Source: Candidatus Babelota bacterium
Lineage (GTDB): Bacteria; Babelota; Babeliae; Babelales; CAIQNR01
Length of the DNA: 64,000 nt
NCBI GenBank assembly: GCA_965658655.1
Contig: CBFHTA010000001.1
Location: forward strand, 457,005-521,004
Reading direction: 5' to 3'
Of this stretch, positions 10,700 to 20,027 are shown piece by piece. The stretch's first letter is position 1; every line of letters starts with the position of its first letter. The translations under genes were made by a program, and so were the position numbers. A model generated the notes under the pieces. It did no database searches. It was not told where the DNA came from and saw only the letters and a list, made by a program, of their open reading frames with translations.

Positions 10700-12547
10700 G
10701 TGTGTAGTGTTGTTGGCTATATTGGCAAGCAGCAGAGTCGACAGGTAGTTTTAGATGGTTTGAAACGTCTAGAATATCGTGGATATGATTCAGCTGGATT
10801 TGCGTGTCTTGATCAAGATAGTTGTCAATTAATGTATGCCAAAGCGCCCGGAGCTCTTTCTAATTTGGTTGATATTTTTAACACCCAACCCATAAATGGA
10901 TCGGTTGGTATTGGTCATACTCGTTGGGCAACTCACGGTGTGGCGAATAAACAAAATGCGCATCCGCATTTTGACTGTCAAAAAACTATCTCTCTTGTTC
11001 ATAACGGAATCATAGAAAATCACGTCGAGTTAAAAGCTCAGCTTTCTTCTAGGGGGCATGAATTTCATTCAGACACAGATAGTGAAGTGGTTGCTCATTT
11101 GTTAGAGCAAGCTTTCTTGGAAAAACCTAAATCGGTAGTGGCAGCGGTAGAGTCGGTAGTGTCTCAACTTGCCGGTGCATATGCTTTTGTAGCGGTGCTC
11201 AAAGAGCATCCAGATATGTTGATTATTGCACGTAAGGGTTCTCCTTTGTGTGTAGGGATCGGTGAAGACGAGATGTTTGTAGCGTCAGATGTATTGGCAT
11301 TTGCGGGCAGAACGCAACGTGTTCTGTTTATGCAAGAGCAAACGTTTGCGCTGGTTTCTCGTAATAATGTTGCTGTTTATGGTTTTGACGGTAAAAAAAT
11401 TAAACACGAAATTAAAGAGCTCGATGCGCAATGGCTAGCGGCTGAAAAAGACGGTCACGAGCATTATATGCTTAAAGAGATTTATGAGCAGCGAGAAGTT
11501 ATTCACAAATCTGTTTGTTTTTATAAAACTATTAGTAGTGATATTTGGAATCATCTTGGTATTACCAAGTCGTTTGTTAAGAAAATAAAAAAAGTAGTTT
11601 TTGTGGCGTGTGGAACATCTGCGCATGCAGGGCAAATAGCACAGTATTTTTTTGAAGAAGTCTGTGGATTGCCAACACAGACAGTGCTTGCTTCTGAATT
11701 TAGGTATCGATCGTTCTTCGAAGATAAGAACACACTCTATGTTGCAATTTCTCAATCAGGAGAAACTGCAGACACACTTGAGGCTATTCGCTTTTTAAAG
11801 GAACGGAATCAAACAGTTGTAGCGCTAACTAATGTTGCTTCGAGTACCATGGTTCGTGAGTGTGATGGTTTCTTGTTAACGCAAGCTGGTCCAGAGGTTG
11901 CCGTTGCTTCTACTAAGGCATTTTCAACACAAGTTGTTGCGTTGTATTGGTTGTCTCATCGCATGGCATATGAAAACGGTAACATTACTCAAAAAGCATT
12001 TGAGCAAGCGCAAGATGATTTATTGATTGCTGCTGAGTCTTTAGAGAACGCTCTTGAGAATGTTAAACATACCATTGTGGAAACGCTAGCTCCTGAATAT
12101 GCCCCTTATGAAAAATTTATCTTTTTAGGTAGACACATCAGTTTACCGTTTGCCCAAGAGGCGGCATTAAAGCTTAAAGAGATTGCGTACGTGTTTACGC
12201 AAGCGTACCCATCGGGAGAACTTAAACACGGCCCTTTGGCTCTTATTGATGATCAAACGCCTGTTTGTTTATTCTCTCATCCAGATCCTATTATTTATCA
12301 AAAAATGTTAGCTAGTGCACAAGAAGTTAAAGCGCGTAAGGGTAAAATTATAGCATTTCTTTTTGAGGGCCAAGATGAACTTACTGCGCTTGTTGACCAT
12401 GCCATTACGTTCCCTCTTGTTGCAGGGAATCTTTCTATTCTTCCCATGACTGGTGTAATGCAAGTTCTTATGTATTATATTGCACGTATCCGTGGGTGCG
12501 AAATAGACAAACCTCGCAATCTTGCAAAATCTGTTACGGTTGAGTAA
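10700..12547 (+). CDS. glmS: Glutamine-fructose-6-phosphate aminotransferase
   Basis: N-terminal Cys; LEYRGYDSAG, GHTRWATHG, SQSGET, PRNLAKSVTVE. Confidence 0.98.
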   Translation: MCSVVGYIGKQQSRQVVLDGLKRLEYRGYDSAGFACLDQDSCQLMYAKAPGALSNLVDIFNTQPINGSVGIGHTRWATHGVANKQNAHPHFDCQKTISLVHNGIIENHVELKAQLSSRGHEFHSDTDSEVVAHLLEQAFLEKPKSVVAAVESVVSQLAGAYAFVAVLKEHPDMLIIARKGSPLCVGIGEDEMFVASDVLAFAGRTQRVLFMQEQTFALVSRNNVAVYGFDGKKIKHEIKELDAQWLAAEKDGHEHYMLKEIYEQREVIHKSVCFYKTISSDIWNHLGITKSFVKKIKKVVFVACGTSAHAGQIAQYFFEEVCGLPTQTVLASEFRYRSFFEDKNTLYVAISQSGETADTLEAIRFLKERNQTVVALTNVASSTMVRECDGFLLTQAGPEVAVASTKAFSTQVVALYWLSHRMAYENGNITQKAFEQAQDDLLIAAESLENALENVKHTIVETLAPEYAPYEKFIFLGRHISLPFAQEAALKLKEIAYVFTQAYPSGELKHGPLALIDDQTPVCLFSHPDPIIYQKMLASAQEVKARKGKIIAFLFEGQDELTALVDHAITFPLVAGNLSILPMTGVMQVLMYYIARIRGCEIDKPRNLAKSVTVE

Positions 12548-12583
12548 AAAATATTTTTTATTGTTACTAGTTTTAGGGGTTTT

Positions 12584-13843
12584 ATGAAAAAAACGTATGT
12601 TTATATTTTGTTGTCATTGTATGCTTCATTTAGTTTTTGTGCTTCTTCTGGAGTAGGTGGAAACATGTCTGAAGATCGTTTGTTCCGTATTCTCTGTTCT
12701 GTCAGTACTGATGAGAAGGCAGTGCAGACATTTCTTAATTCTGGAGTAGATGTGAATTCCAGAGACGGTTATGGCAGAACTTCGTTGTATTACGCGTGTC
12801 ATAACAAGTGTCAGGGAATGAAGGGAATGGTAGGAAAATTGATTGCTCATAATGCAGATGTAAATGTCAAAGAGAATTCTAAAGATACTCCATTGCATTA
12901 CGCATGTCATAAAGGTCATCAGGAAGCGGTATCGGCATTGATTGATAATAATGCAGAGGTAGATGCCCGTAATGCTAAAGAAAATACTCCATTACATTAC
13001 GCATGTTTTTACGGTCATCAGGAAGTGGCACAGCTCTTGATTGATAATAATGCAGAGGTAGATGCCCGTAATGCTAAAAAAGAGACTCCATTATATTATG
13101 CATGCATTAAAGGCTGTCAGGAAGTGGTAGAGGAATTGCTTGCTCATAATGCAGAGGTAAACTCAACGGATGCTTTTGGAGATACTTTATTGCATAAAGC
13201 ATGTTGTGCAGAATATAAGACTGCAGTAGAAAGCTTGCTTGCTCACAATGCAGAGATAAATGCAACGGATGCTCTTGGAGAGACTCCATTGCATAAGATA
13301 TGTTGCAAAGGAAATCTCGCTGCAATAGCATTCTTGCTTGAGAACAATGCAAATGTCAATGCGAAAGATTGTGGAGGGGAGACTCCATTGCATAAAGCAT
13401 CTTGTAATAGTGAGAGTGAAGTAGTAAGGCGCTTGCTTACTCATAATGCAGAGGTAGATGCCCAAGATTCTTCAGGTGAGACTCCATTACATAAAGCATC
13501 TTGTAATGGTCAGAGTCGAGTAGCAAGGCTTTTGCTTACTAACAATGCAGAGGTAGATGCCCGTAATACTGAAAGAGAGACTCCATTACATTACGCATCT
13601 TGTAATGGTCAGATTCGAGTAGCAAGGCTTTTGCTTACTAAAAATGCAAAGGTAGATGCCCGTAATACTCAAAGAGAGACTCCATTGCATAAAGCATGTC
13701 GTAATAGTAAGTATAGTACGGTAGATCTCTTGGTTCGTAACAATGCAGAGGTAGGTGCACAAGATTCTTCAGGTGAGATTCCATTAGATAAAGTTTCTTC
13801 TAAAGGCGATTCTCAAATGGAGTTCTTATTAACGCAGAGGTAG
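12584..13843 (+). CDS. Secreted ankyrin-repeat protein (~11 repeats)
   Basis: Signal peptide; repeated TPLHxAC..G...V..LL..NAEV. Confidence 0.95.
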   Translation: MKKTYVYILLSLYASFSFCASSGVGGNMSEDRLFRILCSVSTDEKAVQTFLNSGVDVNSRDGYGRTSLYYACHNKCQGMKGMVGKLIAHNADVNVKENSKDTPLHYACHKGHQEAVSALIDNNAEVDARNAKENTPLHYACFYGHQEVAQLLIDNNAEVDARNAKKETPLYYACIKGCQEVVEELLAHNAEVNSTDAFGDTLLHKACCAEYKTAVESLLAHNAEINATDALGETPLHKICCKGNLAAIAFLLENNANVNAKDCGGETPLHKASCNSESEVVRRLLTHNAEVDAQDSSGETPLHKASCNGQSRVARLLLTNNAEVDARNTERETPLHYASCNGQIRVARLLLTKNAKVDARNTQRETPLHKACRNSKYSTVDLLVRNNAEVGAQDSSGEIPLDKVSSKGDSQMEFLLTQR

Positions 13844-13883
13844 AGGTATAATTGTTTTTTATTGTTATGAGTTTAGGGGTTTT

Positions 13884-14828
13884 ATGAAAAAAATGTATGT
13901 TTATATTTTGTTATCATTGTGTACTTCATTCATTTTCTGTGCGTCTTCTGAAGTGGTTGGAAATGTATTCGGAGATACACTATTACATCGTTACTGTTAT
14001 AGTGGTAATAAGGAGTACGTAGAATCATTTCTTGCTAACAAACCAGCAGAAGTAAATGTTAAGAATGATAGTGCTCAAACTCCATTACATAGCGTGTGTA
14101 CTACTCATTATTGTGATGTGGCAGCGGTTTTGCTTGATTATAATGCAGAGGTAGATGCGAAAGAACATCTTGGAGATACACCATTGCATAAAGCATCTTT
14201 CAGTGGTCATAAGGATATGGCACAGCTTTTAATTGATAATAAAGCACAGATAAATATTAAGAATAATCTTGGAGAGGCTCCATTGTATTATGCATCTTGC
14301 AGTGGCCATAAGGATATCGCAGCCCTCTTGCTTGCTTATAATGCACAGATAAATATTAAGAATAATCTTGGAGATACACCATTGCATAAAGCATCTTGCA
14401 GTGGTCATAAGGATATGGCAGCCCTCTTGCTTGCTTATAATGCACAGATAAATATTAAGAATGATCTTGGAGATACACCATTGCATTATGCATCTTTCAA
14501 TGGTCATAAAGATATGGCACAGCTTTTGATTGATAATAACGCAGATAGAGAGGCACAAGATTGTTGTGGAGATACACCATTGCATAAAGTATGTTGTAAA
14601 GGCGATCAGGAGATGGCACAGCTCTTGATTGATAATAATGCAGAGGTAAATCCGAAAAATAGTCTTAAGGAAACTCCATTGCATAAAGCATATTCTAAAA
14701 GTCATGTAATAATGTCACAGCTTTTGATTGATAATAACGCAGATAGAGAGGCACAAGATGATTTTGGGAATACTCCATATCAAGCATATTGTAAGGCTCA
14801 TCATTTAGTAATAGAGCCTATTGGTTGA
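13884..14828 (+). CDS. Secreted ankyrin-repeat protein (~8-9 repeats), paralogue of the upstream gene
   Basis: Near-identical signal peptide; GDTPLH repeats. Confidence 0.95.
   Translation: MKKMYVYILLSLCTSFIFCASSEVVGNVFGDTLLHRYCYSGNKEYVESFLANKPAEVNVKNDSAQTPLHSVCTTHYCDVAAVLLDYNAEVDAKEHLGDTPLHKASFSGHKDMAQLLIDNKAQINIKNNLGEAPLYYASCSGHKDIAALLLAYNAQINIKNNLGDTPLHKASCSGHKDMAALLLAYNAQINIKNDLGDTPLHYASFNGHKDMAQLLIDNNADREAQDCCGDTPLHKVCCKGDQEMAQLLIDNNAEVNPKNSLKETPLHKAYSKSHVIMSQLLIDNNADREAQDDFGNTPYQAYCKAHHLVIEPIG
14170..14560 (+). repeat. Near-identical 99-bp coding tandem repeats (ankyrin units)
   Basis: gcacagataaatattaagaat(a/g)atcttggaga recurs at ~14244, 14343 and 14442; boundaries approximate. Confidence 0.85.
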
Positions 14829-14886
14829 TAACAATGCAGATATAAAGGTATAACTGTTTTTTATTAGTAGGAATACTGAGGGTTGT

Positions 14887-15426
14887 ATGAAAAAATTTTT
14901 AGTTTTAGTTTTATTTTTATTTAGTACCGTGCAAGCGTCTCAAATTCCTGTCAGAGGTGCATATGAATTTCGATCAAAACCAGAACTTATGCCGAGCCCA
15001 AAAACATTAACAGAAGCTGTTCGTTGGGGAACGCTAGAAGAAGTAAAAATGTTTTTGTCCTGTGGGTGGAACCCTAATGCAAGTGACAAAAATGGTAGAA
15101 CCTCTATGCACTTTGTAATTTTTAGACAAGATAATCATGCTATTTTTATTTTACAAGAACTACTTTTTGCAGGAGGGAGTCTAACGGTGCTAGATAAAAA
15201 TGAAGCGACCCCTGTACATGAAGCTCTTACCTTGGGTAATAAAAAGGCACTTAAAATATTTATAGTTTCTTATGGTTTGGTTTTTGATTCTTTATTAACT
15301 AAGAAATATCCGGTTATAGATAAAGTTGCTGTTGAATTGGGTTTTCCTCCGTCACAGGCTACGGTACAAGAGTGCTCTGCTTCTGGTTCTTTTTCAAAAA
15401 CTATAGCACGTCCAAGCCCTTTTTAA
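14887..15426 (+). CDS. Secreted ankyrin-repeat protein
   Basis: Signal peptide; GWNPNASDKNGRTSMH, ATPVHEA. Confidence 0.85.
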   Translation: MKKFLVLVLFLFSTVQASQIPVRGAYEFRSKPELMPSPKTLTEAVRWGTLEEVKMFLSCGWNPNASDKNGRTSMHFVIFRQDNHAIFILQELLFAGGSLTVLDKNEATPVHEALTLGNKKALKIFIVSYGLVFDSLLTKKYPVIDKVAVELGFPPSQATVQECSASGSFSKTIARPSPF

Positions 15427-15511
15427 TTGTGGTCTGATAGATCTTGTTTTTACTCTTTTTATTCGTTTATACTTGGCTCGATTATTAATTCATCTATAAA
15501 GGGGGACGGGG

Positions 15512-16213
15512 ATGAAAAGATTCGTATTTTTATTTTTACTTACCATTTCACTCACTGCTGTAGATCATAAAAAGGTTCCAGACATTTATGTTCACGAAGA
15601 GTCGGTAGGGTATGAGCCAGGAGAAAGAGATAGAATTGCAACGGGAAAGACAGATTGTGCAACAGCAGAGAATTTTGAGCAGCTTATGGAAAACGGGCAA
15701 TATGATTTATGTCGTGCCTATTTAGCAGGTAAAAAACCTGCAGAGATCACAGCTTTAAAATTATTTCTTCCGCGTAAACCTGGTAAGGTGTTAACCAAAC
15801 AAGAGGAAATTGAGGCTGTTCAAAAAAGATCAAAAAAAATTGATCAAATCATGGGAGAACTTTGGGGGCTTCCTTCTGGAGAAGAAGTTAATCTTGCTGA
15901 TGATGAAAAAGACTTTCTAAAAGGTGTTTGCGCAAGATTTCCTTTACATCATAGAGCATTTTTTGGAGATAAAGGAGCCGTTAATTGGTTTTTGAAACAT
16001 TATCCAGGTTATGACGTTTCAACTACTACTGTAACAGGTTATACAGCTTCTGATGTTGCTTGTCACGAGGGGTATGTATCACTTGCAAATGAACTTAAGG
16101 CGTTAACTAGTAGACCAAAGAAACAGGGAACTTTTTCAAGGCCTAAAAAACGCTTGCTCTGGATTTTTTTGTTTCTGTTTAATTGTCATCTTTTATATGC
16201 AAGTCAGGCATAA
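15512..16213 (+). CDS. Secreted protein with a degenerate ankyrin pair and hydrophobic C-terminal tail
   Basis: Signal peptide; FPLHHRAFFG..AVNWFL, GYTASDVACHEG. Confidence 0.7.
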   Translation: MKRFVFLFLLTISLTAVDHKKVPDIYVHEESVGYEPGERDRIATGKTDCATAENFEQLMENGQYDLCRAYLAGKKPAEITALKLFLPRKPGKVLTKQEEIEAVQKRSKKIDQIMGELWGLPSGEEVNLADDEKDFLKGVCARFPLHHRAFFGDKGAVNWFLKHYPGYDVSTTTVTGYTASDVACHEGYVSLANELKALTSRPKKQGTFSRPKKRLLWIFLFLFNCHLLYASQA

Positions 16214-16216
16214 AAA

Positions 16217-16238
16217 AAGGCCACATTTAAGTGGCCTT
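16217..16238. terminator. Intrinsic terminator hairpin between convergent genes
   Basis: AAGGCCAC-atttaa-GTGGCCTT with an A-run on the left (U-tail for the minus strand). Confidence 0.7.
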
Positions 16239-16242
16239 AATC

Positions 16243-16374
16243 TTATCTTCTTATATGATATCTCTGTTCGAGTTTCCTTCGAGGAGGATTCTTTTCGGTA
16301 ATAATAAAAACAAACATAAAAAACAAACTACACATGAATGCGGAGGATAACCACCTCTTGTGTTTTCGCCTCAT
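16243..16374 (-). CDS. Small basic single-TM protein (43 aa)
   Basis: MRRKHKRWLSSAFMCSLFFMFVFIITEKNPPRRKLEQRYHIRR; AAGGA RBS; terminator directly downstream. Confidence 0.5.
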   Translation of the reverse strand: MRRKHKRWLSSAFMCSLFFMFVFIITEKNPPRRKLEQRYHIRR

Positions 16375-16455
16375 ATAGTCCTTTAAATAAGGGTTACCAA
16401 ATATCAGGGGATCAAGTATGACGGATTCCCTTTAATATGTCAAAGAGCCTTAGTT

Positions 16456-17910
16456 TTAGGATTTTATCTCTTGCAAATTAAGCTTACGGTCTACCACATA
16501 GTTCTCCGTTAGGAACGCTTTTTGAGCCTGACGGGTGATCATGGTTGGGTGAGCTTTTTTGCCTGCATTGAGCATGTCTATAATACTTACTGTGTTTTGA
16601 ACCATATAGTCATTGGCAAGCATTTCTTTACGTTGTTCTTTCCATGGAGTTTTGTCGTCTTTCTTTTTCTTCTTTTCTTTCTTTTCTTCTTTTTCCCCGT
16701 GTGGCTTAATTGAGCCCTTGAGCGCTTTTTCTCTACCATAGGTTTCAGTCATCCATTTATGAGTATCACTTAATGGCAGTCTAGGTTCAATGACAAAATC
16801 TGGTGTTACTCCTTTTCCTTGAATGCATGTATCAAAAGGTAAGTAGTAGAGTGCGGTGGTTAAACGTAGTGCGCATTCATTAGAAAGTGGAATAACTTCT
16901 TGTACAGAACCTTTACCAAAGGTTTGAGTTCCCACTACAAAAACATGCAAATCTTTATCTTTTTCAGAATACACTTTCAGTGTTCCTGCCATAATTTCAG
17001 CAGCAGAAGCGGTGTAGTTATTTACAATAAAGAAGATTGGCATACCTTTTGCAATTGGTAGTGGATCGCGTGTTGTTTTCCAGCTTTCAGTTACTTTGTG
17101 TTCACGGTTTTTGGTAACAGCAACTAATGTATCTTTTGGTAAGAACAGGCCAGCAATATCAAGTGCAGATTCAAAAAGTCCACCAGTGTTATTACGAAGA
17201 TCAATAATAATGCCTTTACACTTTTTCTCATGGGCTTTTTTTAGAGTGTCTGCTACATGTTGTGCTGATTTTTCGCTAAAGATAGAAAGCAATAAGTAAT
17301 ATACATTTTGATCTGGTAGATAGAACGAGAGTGAGATTTCATCTTTAATAATGTCTCGTTTTACTTTGAAGTCCATAGGTTCTGGGTATTTGTCTCGCAT
17401 TACTTTTAGGTTTACGGTTGAATGACGTTCACCTTTAAGTTTATTCATAATCTGGTCAATTTTCATGCCTTTAATAACATCATCATTAATTTGCATAAGT
17501 TTGTCGCCTGCACGAATACCAGCTTTGTCAGATGGTCCTCCAGGCACAATTTCTATGAATGGTAAGAATTCATCATCTTCATCTTTTAAATCTCCTGGAA
17601 GAACAACTCCAATACCAGAAAATTCACCAGACATTTTTTGTTGAAGATTTTTCATATCGTCTGGTCCGAGTACACTAGAGTGAGGATCACGTTTGGCAAA
17701 GCTATTAAAGCTATCTATGAATGCTTTTTGTACTTCTTTGGCGGTTAAATTTTTATAATATTTGTGATAAATCAGATTTACAACTTCGCTCAGAGTTTGA
17801 GACATTTTGATAATTTCTTGCTCTGCAGGCTGTAGGGTTGACTTGATAATCATGTTTGCTACTAGAGGTTGTATGCAGATGAGGGTGGCGAGTAAAAAAA
17901 TCTTTTTCAT
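16456..17910 (-). CDS. ctpA: Carboxyl-terminal processing protease (S41 family, PDZ)
   Basis: DPHS, GIG PDZ loop, DLRNNTGG, TASAAE, TFGKGSVQ. Confidence 0.9.
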   Translation of the reverse strand: MKKIFLLATLICIQPLVANMIIKSTLQPAEQEIIKMSQTLSEVVNLIYHKYYKNLTAKEVQKAFIDSFNSFAKRDPHSSVLGPDDMKNLQQKMSGEFSGIGVVLPGDLKDEDDEFLPFIEIVPGGPSDKAGIRAGDKLMQINDDVIKGMKIDQIMNKLKGERHSTVNLKVMRDKYPEPMDFKVKRDIIKDEISLSFYLPDQNVYYLLLSIFSEKSAQHVADTLKKAHEKKCKGIIIDLRNNTGGLFESALDIAGLFLPKDTLVAVTKNREHKVTESWKTTRDPLPIAKGMPIFFIVNNYTASAAEIMAGTLKVYSEKDKDLHVFVVGTQTFGKGSVQEVIPLSNECALRLTTALYYLPFDTCIQGKGVTPDFVIEPRLPLSDTHKWMTETYGREKALKGSIKPHGEKEEKKEKKKKKDDKTPWKEQRKEMLANDYMVQNTVSIIDMLNAGKKAHPTMITRQAQKAFLTENYVVDRKLNLQEIKS

Positions 17911-18007
17911 GGTTAGTCCTTTTAATTAGTTCGTGACTCTTCATATCTCTTTACCGTACACTGATCCTAAAAGCGGTGTGAAGACCTTGAAGAAAGGAGA
18001 GTCGAAA

Positions 18008-18286
18008 ATGGTCATTACTAAACGGCATATGTTACGTATATTTTTCATGTTCGAAATTGTTATTTTTGCTTCGATCTATTTTTTTAGTGCTCAGGGGTTA
18101 CGTGTTCTGCAGGGCATGCAGAAAGAAAATGAGCATGTGTACCAAGAAATAACGTACCTTAAAAGTGAAATTGCCGTTTTAGAAGAAGAAGTTATCGAAT
18201 GGGAAAACAATTCTTTCTATAAAGAAAAAATTGCACGTGAAGATTTGCAGATGGCCAAAAAGGGTGATGAGGTTTATTTCTTATAA
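18008..18286 (+). CDS. ftsB: Septum formation initiator FtsB/DivIC family
   Basis: TM plus coiled coil plus EKIAREDLQMAKKGDEVY; AGGAG RBS before ATG 18008. Confidence 0.8.
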   Translation: MVITKRHMLRIFFMFEIVIFASIYFFSAQGLRVLQGMQKENEHVYQEITYLKSEIAVLEEEVIEWENNSFYKEKIAREDLQMAKKGDEVYFL

Positions 18287-18396
18287 TTTGTTTTTTGTAT
18301 TTCTCTGAGTACTGTATGGGTAGTGCATAAATTTGTGCGATAATAACAATTACGTTAACCTACCAAATTAAAACCATTTACTAAGAGAAAGAAAAA

Positions 18397-19008
18397 ATGT
18401 ACGAATTACCAAAACTTCCCTATGACTACGGCGCTCTTGAACCATACATCGAAGCTCAAATCATGGAGCTGCATCATGCAAAGCATCAACAAGCGTATGT
18501 AAATGGCCTTAATGCAGCGCTCGAAAAACATCCTGAGCTCTTTAATAAATCACTTGATGAACTTCTTAAAGATTTAAATGCAATCCCCGAAGATATTCGA
18601 ACAGCCGTTCGTAATCATGGTGGTGGAGTAAAAAACCATACAGATTTTTGGCATGTTATGAAACCAGGCGGTGGTGGTGAACCTAAAGGCCCTGTGGCTC
18701 AAAAAATTAAAGAAGCATTTGGTAGTTTTAATGCCTTTAAAAATCAATTTACTAAAGTCGGAAAGTCTCGCTTTGGTAGTGGTTGGGCATGGCTCTCTTT
18801 AGACAATAACGGTAAGATGCTTATCTCTTCTACGGCAAATCAAGATACTCCCCTTTCGGAAGGCCTTCATCCTGTTTTAGGCTTAGATGTGTGGGAACAT
18901 GCTTACTATCTTCAATATTTTAATCGTCGTCCCGATTATATAGATGCTTGGTGGAATACCCTTAATTGGGAAAGAGTTGAAGAAAATTATCATAATCTTG
19001 TGGGGTAA
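18397..19008 (+). CDS. sodA: Superoxide dismutase, Fe/Mn family (Mn-type signature), cytoplasmic
   Basis: LPYDYGALEP, HH.KH, NHGGG, GSGW, NQD, DVWEHAYY. Confidence 0.93.
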   Translation: MYELPKLPYDYGALEPYIEAQIMELHHAKHQQAYVNGLNAALEKHPELFNKSLDELLKDLNAIPEDIRTAVRNHGGGVKNHTDFWHVMKPGGGGEPKGPVAQKIKEAFGSFNAFKNQFTKVGKSRFGSGWAWLSLDNNGKMLISSTANQDTPLSEGLHPVLGLDVWEHAYYLQYFNRRPDYIDAWWNTLNWERVEENYHNLVG

Positions 19009-19038
19009 ATAAGCTTATATTTTAAAGAGCCGGCCCAA

Positions 19039-19066
19039 TTGACAAATAGAAAACATTTATTATAAT
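19039..19066 (+). promoter_or_regulatory. Consensus sigma70 promoter
   Basis: TTGACA-16 nt-TATAAT. Confidence 0.7.
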
Positions 19067-19105
19067 AAGTCTTATAGAGTTAGATTTTAATAAATGGAGG
19101 TTTCT

Positions 19106-19579
19106 ATGAAAAAGGTATTATCGCTTTTAAGTTTATGTTCTTTTGTAGTGCTGCAAGCAGCTTCGATAGGTTCTGATTATAATAAGGTTATAGACTCTGA
19201 ATTACGTATACAAAGTGATGATTCCGGGCTTGTGGAATCACCGATAAGTTTTGATGATTCTTTAGATACCGAGGTTATTATTGCACTTGAAAAACCAATC
19301 GAGATTAACGGGAAAAAGGTTGGTGAAGTTACAGAAACTATAGGACAGCTTCAATTTAAATATAACAATATGCGGGTACTTATTGAGATGCTGTCTCCTT
19401 TTATCCATGAGCATGATAAAAATCACATGAGAGCTATTTTGAAATACTCTCCTGAAGATAAAAAATCTCTTATTGATCTAGCTAGAGACAAGATGGAAAA
19501 ACACGGTAACAAAGATAAAAGATGGGAAGCTCCAAATAATGCTGTGCAGAATTTTACATTTTTGAAGAGTTTAATTTAA
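19106..19579 (+). CDS. Secreted hypothetical protein
   Basis: GGAGG RBS then MKKVLSLLSLCSFVVLQA signal peptide. Confidence 0.75.
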   Translation: MKKVLSLLSLCSFVVLQAASIGSDYNKVIDSELRIQSDDSGLVESPISFDDSLDTEVIIALEKPIEINGKKVGEVTETIGQLQFKYNNMRVLIEMLSPFIHEHDKNHMRAILKYSPEDKKSLIDLARDKMEKHGNKDKRWEAPNNAVQNFTFLKSLI

Positions 19580-19600
19580 GATTTTAAACATAAAATACTT

Positions 19601-19637
19601 TTAGAGCCGGTCTATTGTAGGCCGGCTCTAATTTTTT
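19601..19637 (+). terminator. Intrinsic terminator
   Basis: TTAGAGCCGGTCTA-ttg-TAGGCCGGCTCTAA plus T-run. Confidence 0.8.
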
Positions 19638-19689
19638 GGTCTTCTTTTACGGTCTTTACAAAAGACTTGAATGGTAAAAGGGAATTTCA

Positions 19690-19785
19690 ATGGAAAGGTT
19701 ATTCTTATTATTGAGTTTATGTACGATAGATTTTACACAAGCAGTAGTTGTATGGCCCAGTCTAGATAAGAAAAAAGAGGAATGA
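19690..19785 (+). pseudogene. Remnant of a secreted-protein gene (signal peptide then stop)
   Basis: MERLFLLLSLCTIDFTQAVVVWPSLDKKKEE*; AAGGGA RBS; no long ORF downstream. Confidence 0.4.
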
Positions 19786-20027
19786 GTGACGGTTTATTTT
19801 GCTTCAAGTAGTGTTCTGACTATCTTCGAGGAATAAGATAATTTTCGGGGTGCAATATTGGTGAATCTGTGAAGAATTCAGGGAGTGCCTGAGGTTGATT
19901 CGTAGTATGTTCGGCTTGAAGAAGGGAACCCATTATTGTTCGAATAGTTTGGCTAAAATCCCTAAAAACAGTATACTAAAAGCTTAATGATGGTATTAAA
20001 GTAACCGTAGCAAGGGGATAAATCCCG

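Noticed and set aside
14170..14560. Regularly spaced repeats resembling a CRISPR array (also the 84-bp repeats at ~63550-63950)
   Set aside because: Periods of 99 and 84 bp equal in-frame ankyrin and zinc-finger units; no unique spacers or cas genes
12626..14705. Antisense ORFs over the ankyrin genes (12626-12919, 13107-13352, 13187-13465, 14229-14705)
   Set aside because: Shadow frames of repetitive coding sequence; no RBS or independent protein features
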